64,000 bases of DNA from Chrysemys picta bellii (lineage: Eukaryota), in assembly GCF_011386835.1 (NCBI RefSeq), contig NC_088797.1, positions 90,830,001 through 90,894,000 on the forward strand, given 5' to 3'. Position numbers and translations under genes: made by a program. Below are positions 23,571 to 34,990 of this stretch, one piece after another (position 1 is the stretch's first letter; the number at the start of each line of letters is the position of its first letter). Under the pieces are notes generated by a model. That model was not told where the DNA came from. It saw only the letters and a program-made list of their open reading frames with translations, and ran no database searches.

Positions 23571-24089
23571 CCAAATAAATTTGTTAGTCTTTAAGGTGCC
23601 ACCGGACTCCTTTTAAACTGTGTCTTATACATGACATTTTGAGCTTCCTCTTAGCAAAACACAAAGCTGCTAAAAACTGTAAACTTTGTCTAGGTTGAAA
23701 TATACTTACTTAAATGACAGTGAACTACAATAGTACAGAAAAATCTCCTTGGATAATGGTTTGGGGGCATATGTTTCTAGCCCAGATTAGAACTGATAAG
23801 TGTTTCAGCAGTCGTCCTTCCAGAATTTATTAGGAACATCCTTTCAAAGGAGCTCTAAAAGTTGATACTGATGAGCCCCTCTGAATTCTGAAGATATAGA
23901 GCAATTGATATTCTTAAAAGAATAGATGGAAGTTTTGTGTTCAGAAGATATTGCACCTGCTACAGGTGCTGATATAAACTCCTGGTGCTGATAGTGCTGT
24001 GTTTTGTGTACTGAGATTACAATGTATTATGGTAGCACATAATCCTTTATACATAACCTGATTTTGACCCACATTGTCTCTTTGGATCT

Positions 24090-24182
24090 CATAAGCTGAA
24101 AGCCTGAAATGGACCATTGGACTATTCATTCTGACCTCCTGTATAACGCAGGCCAAACAATTTCACCCAGTTATCCCTTAAT
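24090..24182 (-). mobile_element. CR1 3' end fragment
   Basis: GGACCATTGGACTATTCATTCTGACCTCCTGTATAACGCAGGCCA is the reverse complement of the CR1 tail seen at 5140-5195. Confidence 0.6.
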
Positions 24183-24194
24183 GGAGACTAATAA

Positions 24195-25210
24195 CCTGTG
24201 CTTTACTAAAGCATGTCTTCCAGAAAGAAGGGTAAAAAGGTCCACCACCTCTGCAATGGATCTGATCACTATTGAGTCTTCAACAACCTGCACACAAAGC
24301 CTGATGCTTTCCACTGTGTCACCCAGATACTGTTTTTCGGGCTTATTTTCCACTTGGTATGAGGATTGCCACCCATCCGGGGTTTGGCTTCTGTATCTGG
24401 GTGCCATTGAGGGTTGCCAAGTGCCCGGTTTCGACCAGAAAGTCTGGTTGAAAAGGGAAACTGGTAACCCTAAATGGCACCTGAGCCAGAAGTCCAGTTA
24501 CTGCAGGGCTGCGAGTGGCATTGGGTCATTAACCTGTGTCAGCGGGGGCTGCCTCCTATCTGCCAGCAGGCTCCTCGAGTCAATCTAACGAGCGATGGGG
24601 GGAGTGGGAGAGGAGCGAGCGACGGGTGGAGACCTGGGAACCAAGTTACCAGCCATTAGAAAAGTGGCAACCATACTTGGTATAGGACGACTCCTGTATC
24701 TGTGGTACTATTTCCACCTCCTCTAGTGCAGCATGTGGGTAGAGTTCTGTGGAGTTCAGGGTGTAGTACTGGGGGCAGGTGGGAGTGAGGTTCTTCACTG
24801 TAGAGGTCAGGAAATTCCATGTGGAAATCTGAGTAGGATATAGTAGAGTTTACAGCAGCATTACTTCCCTCAGAATTACCTCCACTGATACTACCAATTA
24901 GCTCCAGGGGAGATAGTTTGTGGCTGTGCTATCATGGGGAGGGGTCAGCAGAACAGAAGCAGCCCCTGAAGGACAATTCATGTCCCTCCTCTGTGAATTC
25001 CTGAAAATACCAAATTCCTTACCCCTCTGCCCATAAACCCTGAATCTCCTCCCAACAGAAACAACCCTTGAAGGAAAATATTGTGAGTGGCCTTCTCTCC
25101 ACACAATTTCTGCAGGTTTTTCTTGTGGGGGCTGGGCTTGGTGATAGGTAACTAAAACACCAAGCAACGCAAATATATTTTTTCCAAACCAAAAAAAATA
25201 AATCCAACTT
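24195..25210 (-). mobile_element. Decayed CR1 ORF1 fragment (zinc-finger-like N-terminus, start of the SGNH esterase-like domain)
   Basis: Minus-strand peptides C..WC...TCRNC...EEIQGL (25019-25207) and QVVEDSIVIRSI (24171-24407) resemble the CR1 ORF1 Cys motif and the VVGDS esterase motif. Interrupted by a hAT MITE. Confidence 0.55.
24361..24675. mobile_element. hAT-type MITE inserted in CR1 ORF1
   Basis: Ends GAGGATTGCCA...TGGCAACCATA with a perfect 8-bp TSD CTTGGTAT (24353-24360 and 24676-24683). Confidence 0.85.
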
Positions 25211-25369
25211 TCTCCCAGTTAGTCTAAATGCACTTTTAGTTGGACTAGGAAGTATCTCAAAGGGAACAACACCTGATCATTTGTTTTATGGAAGAGGTCA
25301 TCACAGTGACACCTTTTTGGCCATAAAATGTATTAGTTTGACTTACAGTGAGATGATATTCTAGCAATA

Positions 25370-26520
25370 CTCCCAGCACTGAATATCAGATTGTCAAGCA
25401 GCTCTATAATTATTCCAGAAACAAAAACCTATAGTTTTTTACCCTTTTTAGAAACGGACACATTAGCTTTCTTCCTGTCTTCTGGAATTTCCCCAGTGCT
25501 CCAAGACTTATTGAAAATCAACATTAATATTCAAGCAAGATGCCTAGCCAGCTCTTTTAAAACTCTTGGTTGCAAATTATCTGGGCATGATGAGGTTTAA
25601 TTTCATTAGTTTCTGTCTTAACATCCTTCACAGATATTAGTAGAATAGAAAGTGTGTTATTACCATTTGATGAGATTGCATCATTCTTTTCCCTAAAATA
25701 AAAAACAAATATTTGAGTACTTCTGCCTTTTCCGCATTATTGATAATTCTATTATTTCCATCTAGTAATTAACTTAATATCATTGTCAGGATTCTTTTTG
25801 GTCCAAATAAGTTTCTAAAATTCTCTTATTGTTCTTAATGCTGCTGGCCCTAGATTTCATCTTGTGTCCCTTGGCTTCCCTTATCAGTTTTCTACATTTC
25901 CAAATATGTGTATATCACTAGCAAATTAACCTTCCCTTGCATTTATAAATATATATATATTTTCACTTATTTATAGCAGCCTTCACTTGTCCTCTCTAAA
26001 CTAGGTAGGTTTTTTAAATCAGCACAAATTTCTTCCTCAGTTTTGCAATTATGGCTTTTTGGGCATCTAGTAAGGAGTTCTTAAATGATTCCTAATTATC
26101 ATTCCAATTTTTCTGATTAAATGCTTCCTCCTAGTTTATTTGGCTCATAATTCTTTTCAGCTGTGTGAAATTAAAGCACCATATATATATTTTGCTGGTC
26201 TGAACTTCATTTTTCTTGCATATTATAAATGTGTTCAAATCATGATCGCCTGTATCTAAGCTACCATCAACTTTTAGTTCTGTGACCAGTTCCTTTTTAT
26301 GTGCTTGGACAAGGTTTAATATAGAATTCCTCTGGGTTGGCTGTAACACTTTTTGAGTTAGGAAATACACATCTATAATGTTCAGAAATACCAAGAATGT
26401 TTTAGTATTGGCAACAGGAGAACTCAAGTACGTAGAAGCAAGGAAAGTAGCTAAGGACACAATTCTTGCACTGCTCCAATATTTTTTAAAAAACATTATT
26501 CTTGTCAAACACAAAGAAAC
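25370..26520 (-). mobile_element. Old CR1 ORF2 fragment (end of APE endonuclease to start of RT)
   Basis: ORF 26131-26514 reads FLTQKVLQPTQRNSILNLV...LKVDGSLDTGDHDL, matching the CR1 endonuclease C-terminus (PTRG.AILDL..SDH). Many stops. Confidence 0.85.
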
Positions 26521-27482
26521 AGGATGAAATAGACAATTTTAAATCTGACCTATGGATTATTGTAATTATTTTTGTTTTTACCGTCTGAATATTTATTTAA
26601 GAAATTGCTAAATGGGAAAGCTAGTCTAGTCATAAACTGACATGATTTCTTGTGAAGTGTTTTTAATTGCTGTTTCTCGAAGCTAACATTGTCAGTTGGT
26701 GAACAGAGATGAGATTTCTCAAATTGTTCACAACAAAAATAAATTTAAAAAGCTATAAAGTTTAGCCCACATCAAAAAAGGGCTGTGATGATTGTGTTTT
26801 TTCCAGTGCTTAGAACTGGTATTCTAAGTTATTATCTTCTAGAAGAAGTTGGGAGACTATATAAGATTGGAAAAAAAGTGCAGCAATTCACTTTGATTAA
26901 CTTTTGCTTCAATGCAATGGACCCATTGGCCTTTTCCCCAAAAGCCAAAGCTAGAGAGCTGTTCAGAATAGAAACTAATATATCTTCGCGTTGAGATCTG
27001 TGCAAAATAACTTCCCTTGCAAAAAGTGTAGCCATTGAAGTAACATTGATAAAATGGAGCATTGATTGCCTTAGAACTACAGAAGAAACTTAAATGTTGT
27101 AAGGCTAATAACTTGCTAGTGCTTATGGAAAAAATAGGAAAAGAGGGTAGGATGGATAAAGACTGAAGGCTGAAATTCAGTAACACTTCCAAGAAAAGCA
27201 ATGGTAGAGGAAAAACTCCACCTTATAACATTAGCTAAAATCTTTTTGGCCACCTTCCTTAATGATAAGTTAAGATCCCACAAGATGTGGTGTTATGGGG
27301 AGAACAATGAATTAGCCCTTTGGAAAGCATTTGAATCAGTCTGGGTGAACAGTGAGAAGGTGCCAGCTTAGAGCAAAGCCGTGATTAGTTATTAGATAGG
27401 AATATTGTAATACTGGACACGGAAACATAGCAAGGTAGTATCACTAGGAGAGAACTTTTTTTTTGGACAAAATAATAACTAC

Positions 27483-27936
27483 CATAGAATCATAGAATCA
27501 TAGAATATCAGAGTTGGAAGGGACCTCAAGAGGTCATCTAGTCCAACCCCCTGCTCAAAGCAGGACCAATTCCCAGCTAAATCATCCCAGCCAGGGCTTT
27601 GTCAAGCCGGGCCTTAAAAACCTCCAAGGAAGGAGACTCCACCACCTCCCTAGGTAATTCATTCCAGTGTTTCACCACCCTCCTAGTGAAATAGTTTTTC
27701 CTGATATCCAACCTGGACCTCCCCCACTGCAACTTGAGACCATTGCTCCTTGTTCTGTCGTCTGCCACCACTGAGAACAGCCGAGCTCCATCCTCTTTGG
27801 AACCCCCCTTCAGGTAGTTGAAGGCTGCTATCAAATCCCCCCTCATTCTTCTCTTCTGGAGACTAAACAATCCCAGTTCCCTCAGCCTCTCCTCATAAGT
27901 CATGTGCTCCAGCCCCCTAATCATTTTTGTTGCCCT
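27483..27936 (-). mobile_element. 5'-truncated CR1 LINE, relatively young
   Basis: ORF 27577-27924 ([22 protein letters not shown]...LDKALAGMI) is intact to its stop. The tail is (ATTCTATG)n. Confidence 0.97.
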
Positions 27937-28914
27937 ATTTATAAGGCTTCTTTTCAGGAAAGAAGCCTTATAAATAGAGGTTTCCTAGTCCCAGCCATAA
28001 TTTGTAAAGATAGTTTAGAGTGAGGTCATGCCAGGGCATTCTAAAATCTAAAGTCTGTCAACTTGTTTTCTGATAAGCAGAATTATTTGGGTGAAGGATC
28101 ATGCCCTCTTCTCACGACAACAGCACCACAAGGTGAAAAGATGATCTGCTGGTGATGGTTATTAGTTTATTAGTATCCCCCTCAGCTGTTTCCTACATTT
28201 GGAAAATTATTCATTTTGATTAAGCTAATGTAAGTTGCATGACTGTGTGAATAGAAGAGTGCTGTCACCTTTTTATTAATAGGTCAGCACCAAACCCTTA
28301 TTACTTAAATGCAAATTCACACATGTGGAATGTGAAGAATTTGATCTTATCAGAAATATTGCTAAATCCAGAAGTTTCAAACTGTGACAAATTGAAATGA
28401 AGTTCAGATACTGTAGATTTATTTTAAGCATTGTGCCATCACATTGTTAGCTCTTATGTTAACTTGCTGAAATTTGAAAGCTAATCTTGCATCCACTTAA
28501 AATTTTTATTTCTTCATAAGAGTCTGTGCAGAAAGAATTGGAAATCCTGTTAATAAAAAACTTCAGGAGACTCTATAGCATATTTCAAATCTCATTAAGA
28601 TAAAAAGAAAATGAACTGCATGTTTTGTCAGGCAAAATTCAAATATCACTTCCCCACAAAGGATACATCAAAAGCTCACAAACGGCTGCTTTGTCAGTTC
28701 AAGTACGTGACACTTGAAATTTCTCAGTGTTTTTATGCATTAGAGTGAGAATGTCAGAAGTTTTTATCAAACTTGAAAAGATCGCATACCAATACCACAT
28801 CATGTTATAGGCCTTGTGCTCTTTTCTTCCTTCAGTTGAGCACAGCCAAACATTCATCACCATAACACTTGTGCTAAAGCATTACTTCAAGAGTAGATGG
28901 CTTCAGTTTACTTA

Positions 28915-29165
28915 AGGCTTGTCTAAAAGGTGCCACAATGTGCTATACGCAGGTGTGAATTAGAGTGGTCTAACTTGTTGTGCCCTAATTACCTCATTTA
29001 GTTCATGCCAGCAGGGTCTAGTTACCTAAATTGAGTTCATGTGAACTAGGTACCCTTGAGTTCACACCAGCAGGGTCTGCATAGGGCAGTTAGAGCACAA
29101 CACGTTAGCAAACTCCACAGATTACACCCATGCAGAGTGCAGTGCAGGGCTGTGTAGATAAGCCC
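28915..29165. mobile_element. PIF/Harbinger-type MITE
   Basis: Ends AGGCTTGTCTA...TAGATAAGCCC with TTA on both flanks. Confidence 0.7.
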
Positions 29166-30822
29166 TTAGATGGCAATCGCGGTGTATTAGCACTTGACAA
29201 ATCACTCCATTTCATATTGTATAATTACATCTATATTACAATAGGACTGTGATGCCCCAGACCAAGAGTCAAGCCCCATTGTGTTAGATGTTATATGTGT
29301 GGGAGGTGGGAGGGGTGGTAAGAGAGAGGTCCAGTTTAGTGAACTGGGACTTCAGTCAATATTAACAGAGCTCACAAAATTGGGTTAAGTATAAAGATGC
29401 TGTGGAGGCAGACCAAAAGGAAAACCTGGCAGGGAGCAGAGGAAGAACTACAACTAGACCAACAGCTGCAGATTTAAGAACAGTTGAAATTGATAATGCT
29501 GCTGAATTGTAGTAGTTAATGGGTGCTGGTTCATCTTTTCCCTGGGGATAGCAGTGAATCCCATTAGCTTCTAAACAAAAATATCTTTTCATTCCACTAA
29601 TACAATGGCAGCTGATGAGCTGCCTCCTTTTGACAGTAGTCCATAATTTGTGTGAATGCATTGTAAGTGTGTAACACACACTTCCTGCTATGGTAGCAAA
29701 TATTAAACTTGTTTCCTTAGTGATCATCTTCAGCATCACTTGTTGATTCTAGCCACTTATTCTTCATGTCACAGTCAGAGAACTGATAGACTTGAGTTTT
29801 AGAAGACTGTGAGCAAAGCTACAATTGAGCTGTTGGTGCCAGCCACATTTGGACAACAGTTTGGTTGTGTAGGTGGGAGGAACGGACTTAATTTCACAGG
29901 AATTGACATTGAATCATGAATGGTGTTCAAGATAGCACTAGTTAACATAATGGCCATGGGTGGGTATGTGTTTTACAGACTGGTGCTGCTCTACAATTAA
30001 GCCCTGAATATTTATTGCACATTGTAGTGTTTTGAAATGCCTTTCATGTTCTTTAAGTTTTATTGTAGCTGTTTAGGCAAAGCAGAAAAGATGCAATTGT
30101 GGTATCACTTTTTAGAAGATTTCTACCTTTTTAAATAGTCCAAAGTATTCAGGCTCAATTTGAGGTTCTCTTACCCGCATTTGGAAAGCAGTGTTGTAAG
30201 TTATACAATATATACATTGCATATATTGATCAATTGGATTTTTTTTTCTATGAAGTTTATCACAAATAAACAAGGAACTACACAAGCAAACCCTTTTCAA
30301 ATATCCATTATTAGGTTCCTGAACCTGCCTGAGTCCAATTATTTTATTCTAATTTGATTACAAAGGCTTCCAAGATGATTTTGAAACTGGGGATTACGTT
30401 ACCCATATTCTGGCTTTTAAATAAATGTATATAAATAGTGGAATATACCAGATTTCACACTTATTCTGATGTTCAGAGGATTTAGTCTCAGATTTAAGTC
30501 TCCTGGGTATCATTTATTGGGTGTTGCCCATTGCAGGGGAGAAAGGATAAATTAAAGATTTTATTAACGTGAGTTATTGTTGAACTTCTGTAGTTGTAGA
30601 TTAAATTGAGTCAGACAATGCCTGTGGCCATAAACTAATGCAACTGCATTACTTATTAATTGTAATCAATAAAACAGCAGCATAAAAACTTAACAGTGTG
30701 TAATTGCTACAAGCCACTTGGCCTTGGTTTATATATAGTTAATTGTGACTGGATAGTAGGGACCCAGTTCTCTTGATATTACTTAATGAGTTTTTAACTG
30801 GGTAACGTAAGACTCAGTTCAG

Positions 30823-30932
30823 CAAAATATGTGCTTAAGTGTTCAAGTATGTGAGGTATTCCATTGGCTTCAACTGGAGTCTTCATATGCTTAAAGTTAA
30901 GCGCATGCTTAAAAGTTGTGCTGGACTGGGGC
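30823..30932. mobile_element. Old palindromic MITE-like relic
   Basis: Imperfect self-complementarity centred on TTCCATTGGCTTCAACTGGAG, with TGCTTAA repeats. Confidence 0.4.
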
Positions 30933-33009
30933 CATATTGATGTGTTCTTCTGTGTAAGCAATGAGCAATTTATCTGCAAGTTATTTCAGATCTTGGATAC
31001 AGCTTGCTCTTCCCCTTCAATTGCATTATCAAATTGAGTAAATTGAATAGTCCCAGCAAATGGAGGTCCCTTTAAATCCCGACACCAGAAGAATTTCTTG
31101 TTTGCATTTAATCTTTAAAGATGTATTTTTATCGACTAAAAAGAATAGAGCCGCTTTGTAACTCCAAGAGCATGCCTTGTGTATCTGTTGCATTATTTAA
31201 ATGCCTCATATGAAGTTGATTTCTGTGGAATGTCAATTTAAAGATGGACAGAAGAGCTGTCATAAAAAGTAAGCATAGTGGGTTGGTAAAATGCAGGTTA
31301 TATTTCATATTGCAGCTGTACCAGTGTGAAATCACAATTTCACAGTCTCAATTCTCAACTGGCTTTCGCTTTTATGTAAAATCCACAGGTTTCACCTAGA
31401 CAACTGTATAGTTAGAGCTGTATACAACTAATAATTTCCACCTCAAAAATAGTGAGTAAAAATAACAATTTTCCATCACAAAAACTGCTTTTATTGTTCT
31501 GACAAATCCAAGGCTAGAACTAGAAATATTTTGCTGTTTCTCCAGCTGTCATTTTTTCCACGTAATACTTTGGCAATTGATTGAAAACGAAGTTCTAATG
31601 GAGCATTACAGGAGATGCCTGTCTTATCCCATGTGTATTTATTCACAAGGGATCCAGCAGAATCTACTGGCATAGCTGATTTGTAATTCTATTTGCACAA
31701 TTAACATTCTTTCTGGCATTTTGCTCAGCAAGAATGATAGAGCTTCAAACACTAATTACCTATTTGTTTCTATGAGCTGCAAAAGATGAAGTGTTATTAA
31801 GACCAGACTTGACAGTGTTATGTTGAATGGCTTCAGAATTCCTTGTACACCCTAAAAGTAGGTTAGCGATGATGTAGTCAATGCCACGTAGGGCTGTCAT
31901 GATAGCCTTTGCTTCAGCTTGTCAGCTATTCATTATAATGTAGTTTTCTGTGGTTTTAAAAAAATATATTCTGCTTTACAGCCATATTCAAAACACATAC
32001 ATGGCACACATGTAATAGTTTGTGTAGCTCTAGAAGAGTGTATACAGTTGAATGATTAGACAATTTACAAGTATGCTTATTTAATGTACGGTAGTTTTAT
32101 TTGGTAAATCAGAAGTCATGCCAATGGATTGTGTTGGCTAATGTGCATGGACTGCCAACTAAAGGTGTAGGGTTAGCATTCTAGCTGTGTCCAATATGCT
32201 GTGAGCACAGCTTTACAAAAAGGTGGGAGGGAGGATGGTTGTAGAAAGTGATGAGCCGTACAGTAATTTATTGCTTCCCAATTCTGGGGCCAGTTCTATG
32301 CTAGCTCAGTTCCCAGGGCAATTTAGCATCAAGGCATGGGTTATTTCCAAGTTCCTTGTGGTGTCTGTCAAGTGCTTAAGGTCTAACTTGCTTTAATTCA
32401 TCCTCATTTATCTGTGCCAAAGGTCACAAACATATATACACTAATTTTATGCATTAGTTCATCATTGCCAATCTAGGCTGACAGTCCCAAACATACGTGT
32501 ACTAACTTGTCTCAGCTCAACATATAGGATATGGTCCGTAGGTTCCTTGTGTTATGGCCAAAACCAAGCAAACCCATAAGAAAAGATATATAAGTGGGCA
32601 AGTAGGCTAGCCCTATGGGCTACAAAGTTCAGGATACTTGTATCAGTACTGAAGATTGTATACTAGGACTTGTAGTTTCCATGGGAAACACTGAGATATT
32701 GTAGGGGAGCAGTGTGAATGATCTGTGATCCTACCCTGTCCTCCGTGCAGAATGCAGAGTTGAGTTTGAGTTCGTATCCATACACTATTCCCTTTTGTGG
32801 TAACTTAAAAAAAAAACAAGTTTAGACCTCAGTCTACTTTCCTTGTGCTTGTCTGTTCCTATTTTATCCCTCCAGCACCAGTTTTGGCCCAGAAGTAAAC
32901 TCTCACCTCTTTTTATCAGGATTAAACTAATCCTACTCCCTTGACAGCATGAGTCAGCAGTACCATAAGTCTCTCCATCTGTACAATTCCAGCCCTCCAT
33001 TCTCTAATG

Positions 33010-33420
33010 ACTGAGGGAAATAGATTTGCCTTGCAGTAGATCCTGAAGGTCCCTAGATTAGTTAGTGAGGAACAAAGTATGGGAAGTGAATTCCAAAGCT
33101 GGCTAGGCAGCACAAAGAATGCTCAACCAGCAGTCCCTGTACCAATGGGGTTTCAGCTCAAGTGTTCTATCTGGTCTCAATTACATCAATATGACATAGG
33201 GAGAAAGGCAGTCTATCAAATGTGTGGCTTTTAGGCCACTTAGGGCTTTTATAATTCAAAGCCAACATCTTAAACTTCACCTGGAAAACCAAAAGCAGCC
33301 ACTGCAGATCACAAAGCACTGGTTGGATATGGCATGTAGTGAGACACTCCACCTAATCAGTAGACCATGACATTCTGTACTACCTTTGGTTTCTGGATGA
33401 CTTAAAGATTTCATAGGACT
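33010..33420 (-). mobile_element. L2 LINE ORF2 C-terminal relic
   Basis: Minus-strand peptides HIQPVLCDLQWLLLVFQVKFKMLAL (L2 HITPVL..LHWLP motif) and SQLWNSLP. Confidence 0.75.
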
Positions 33421-33633
33421 TGATACCAGATAACAATGGTCTGGCCATGCAGTCCAGTCAGTAATCTGACAGCGGCCAATACCAGATGCTTAAGAAATGG
33501 ACAATTATAAACAATACTGAAGTTTCTTCTTAACATAGGTAGTTGATAACTGACTTACGTCCTGGAAAGTGACACTTTTTTTAAAAGTCTACCCTAGCTT
33601 GTATAAATGTGCATGATATCCCTAAATTATAGA

Positions 33634-34811
33634 TGTGATGGGTTGGATCACAGAAACCCCCCTGGGAGCTGCCAACCGATGTGCCAAGACTACCCCTGTT
33701 CCTATTTTCCTTGCTAGCTCAGGACTCCAGCACCCTGTCTTGCTGAGCCAGACACTCCCATCTGCTCCAACACAGACCCAGGGTCTGAATTACTTGCCCC
33801 AAAGCTGCAGGTTTACCTGAAAACCGCTCACAGAAGTGTGCTTGTCTTTAACACTCAGATGCCCAACTCCCAATGGGGTCTAAACCCAAATAAATCCAGT
33901 TTACCCTGCATAAAGTTTATGCAGGGTAAACTCATAAATTGTTCACCCTCTATAACACTGATAGAGGGATATGCACAGTTGTTTGCTCCCCCAGGTATTA
34001 ACACATACTCTGAGTTAATTAATAAGTAAAAAGTGATTTTATTAAATACAGAAAGTAGGATTTAAGTGGTTCCAAGTAGTAATAGACAGAACAAAATAAG
34101 TCACCAAACAAAATAAAATAAAATGTGCAAATCTATGTCAAATCAAACTGAATACAGATAATCTCACCCTCAGAGATGCTTCAATAAGTATGTTATTATT
34201 TTTTTCTTTTTCTCTGACTGGACACCTTCCAGGTCTGAGCACAGTTCTTTCCCCTGGTACAGCTCTTGTTCCAGCTCAAGTGGTGGCTAGGGGATTCTTC
34301 ATGATGGCTCCTCTCTCCTGTTTGTTCTCTTCCACCCTTTATATATCTTTTGCATAAGGCGGGAATCGTTTTGTCCCTCTCTGAGTTCTACCCCCTCCTT
34401 CTCAATGGAAAGACACCAGGTTAAAGATGGATTCCAGTTCAGGTGACATGATCACATGTCACTGCAAGACTTCATTACCCACTTGCCAGCACACACGTAT
34501 ACAGGAAGACTTACAGGTAAAACACAGCCATCTGCAGACAATGGTCCTGGTTAATGGGAGTCATCAAGATTCCAAACCACCATTAATGGCCCACACTTTA
34601 CATGATTACAATAGGCCCTCAGAGTTATATTTCTTATTTCTAGTTTCAGATACAAGAGTGGTACATTTATACAAATAGGATGATCACAATCAGTAGATTA
34701 TAAGCTCTGTAATGATACCTTACAAGAGACCTTTTGCATGAAGCATATCCCAATTACACGATATTCACTTATCATATTTTTATAAAACCATATAGACTGC
34801 ACAACATCACA
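33634..34811 (-). mobile_element. Solo LTR, 1178 bp
   Basis: Terminal inverted TGTGATG...CATCACA with a perfect 5-bp TSD ATAGA (33629-33633 and 34812-34816). The strand is tentative, based on a reverse AATAAA near 34040. Confidence 0.88.
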
Positions 34812-34879
34812 ATAGAAATGAAGTTACCAATTAACAGTAGCAACACTTAAGCACTCATGGAGATGTACATGTTTAAAAG

Positions 34880-34990
34880 ACTGCAGCCATCATGTGAGGC
34901 TGCTGTGGACAGTGATATCCTCATATACATGGGGGAACTGAGGTAGAAAGGTGAATTAACTTGTCCAGACCACATAGCAAACTGGTATTA
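34880..34990 (-). mobile_element. MIR-like CORE fragment
   Basis: GGGGGAACTGAGGTAGAAAGGTGAATTAACTTGTCCAGACCACATAGC. Confidence 0.5.

Larger units (their letters stand above)
22034..23606 (+). mobile_element. Penelope-like retroelement composite with an inverted copy of its 3' end
   Basis: About 22081-22453 is an inverted copy of about 23253-23610. The body encodes a decayed GIY-YIG endonuclease. A 13-bp direct repeat CTCCTTTTAAACT flanks it at 22021-22033 and 23607-23619. Confidence 0.92.

Noticed and set aside
24109-24588. 159-aa plus-strand ORF
   Set aside because: It spans the antisense strand of CR1 fragments and crosses a MITE insertion boundary, so it is a chimeric chance ORF.
29362-29739. 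125-aa minus-strand ORF and a protein-like plus-strand stretch
   Set aside because: No recognisable domain, no convincing splice sites, and a length compatible with chance.
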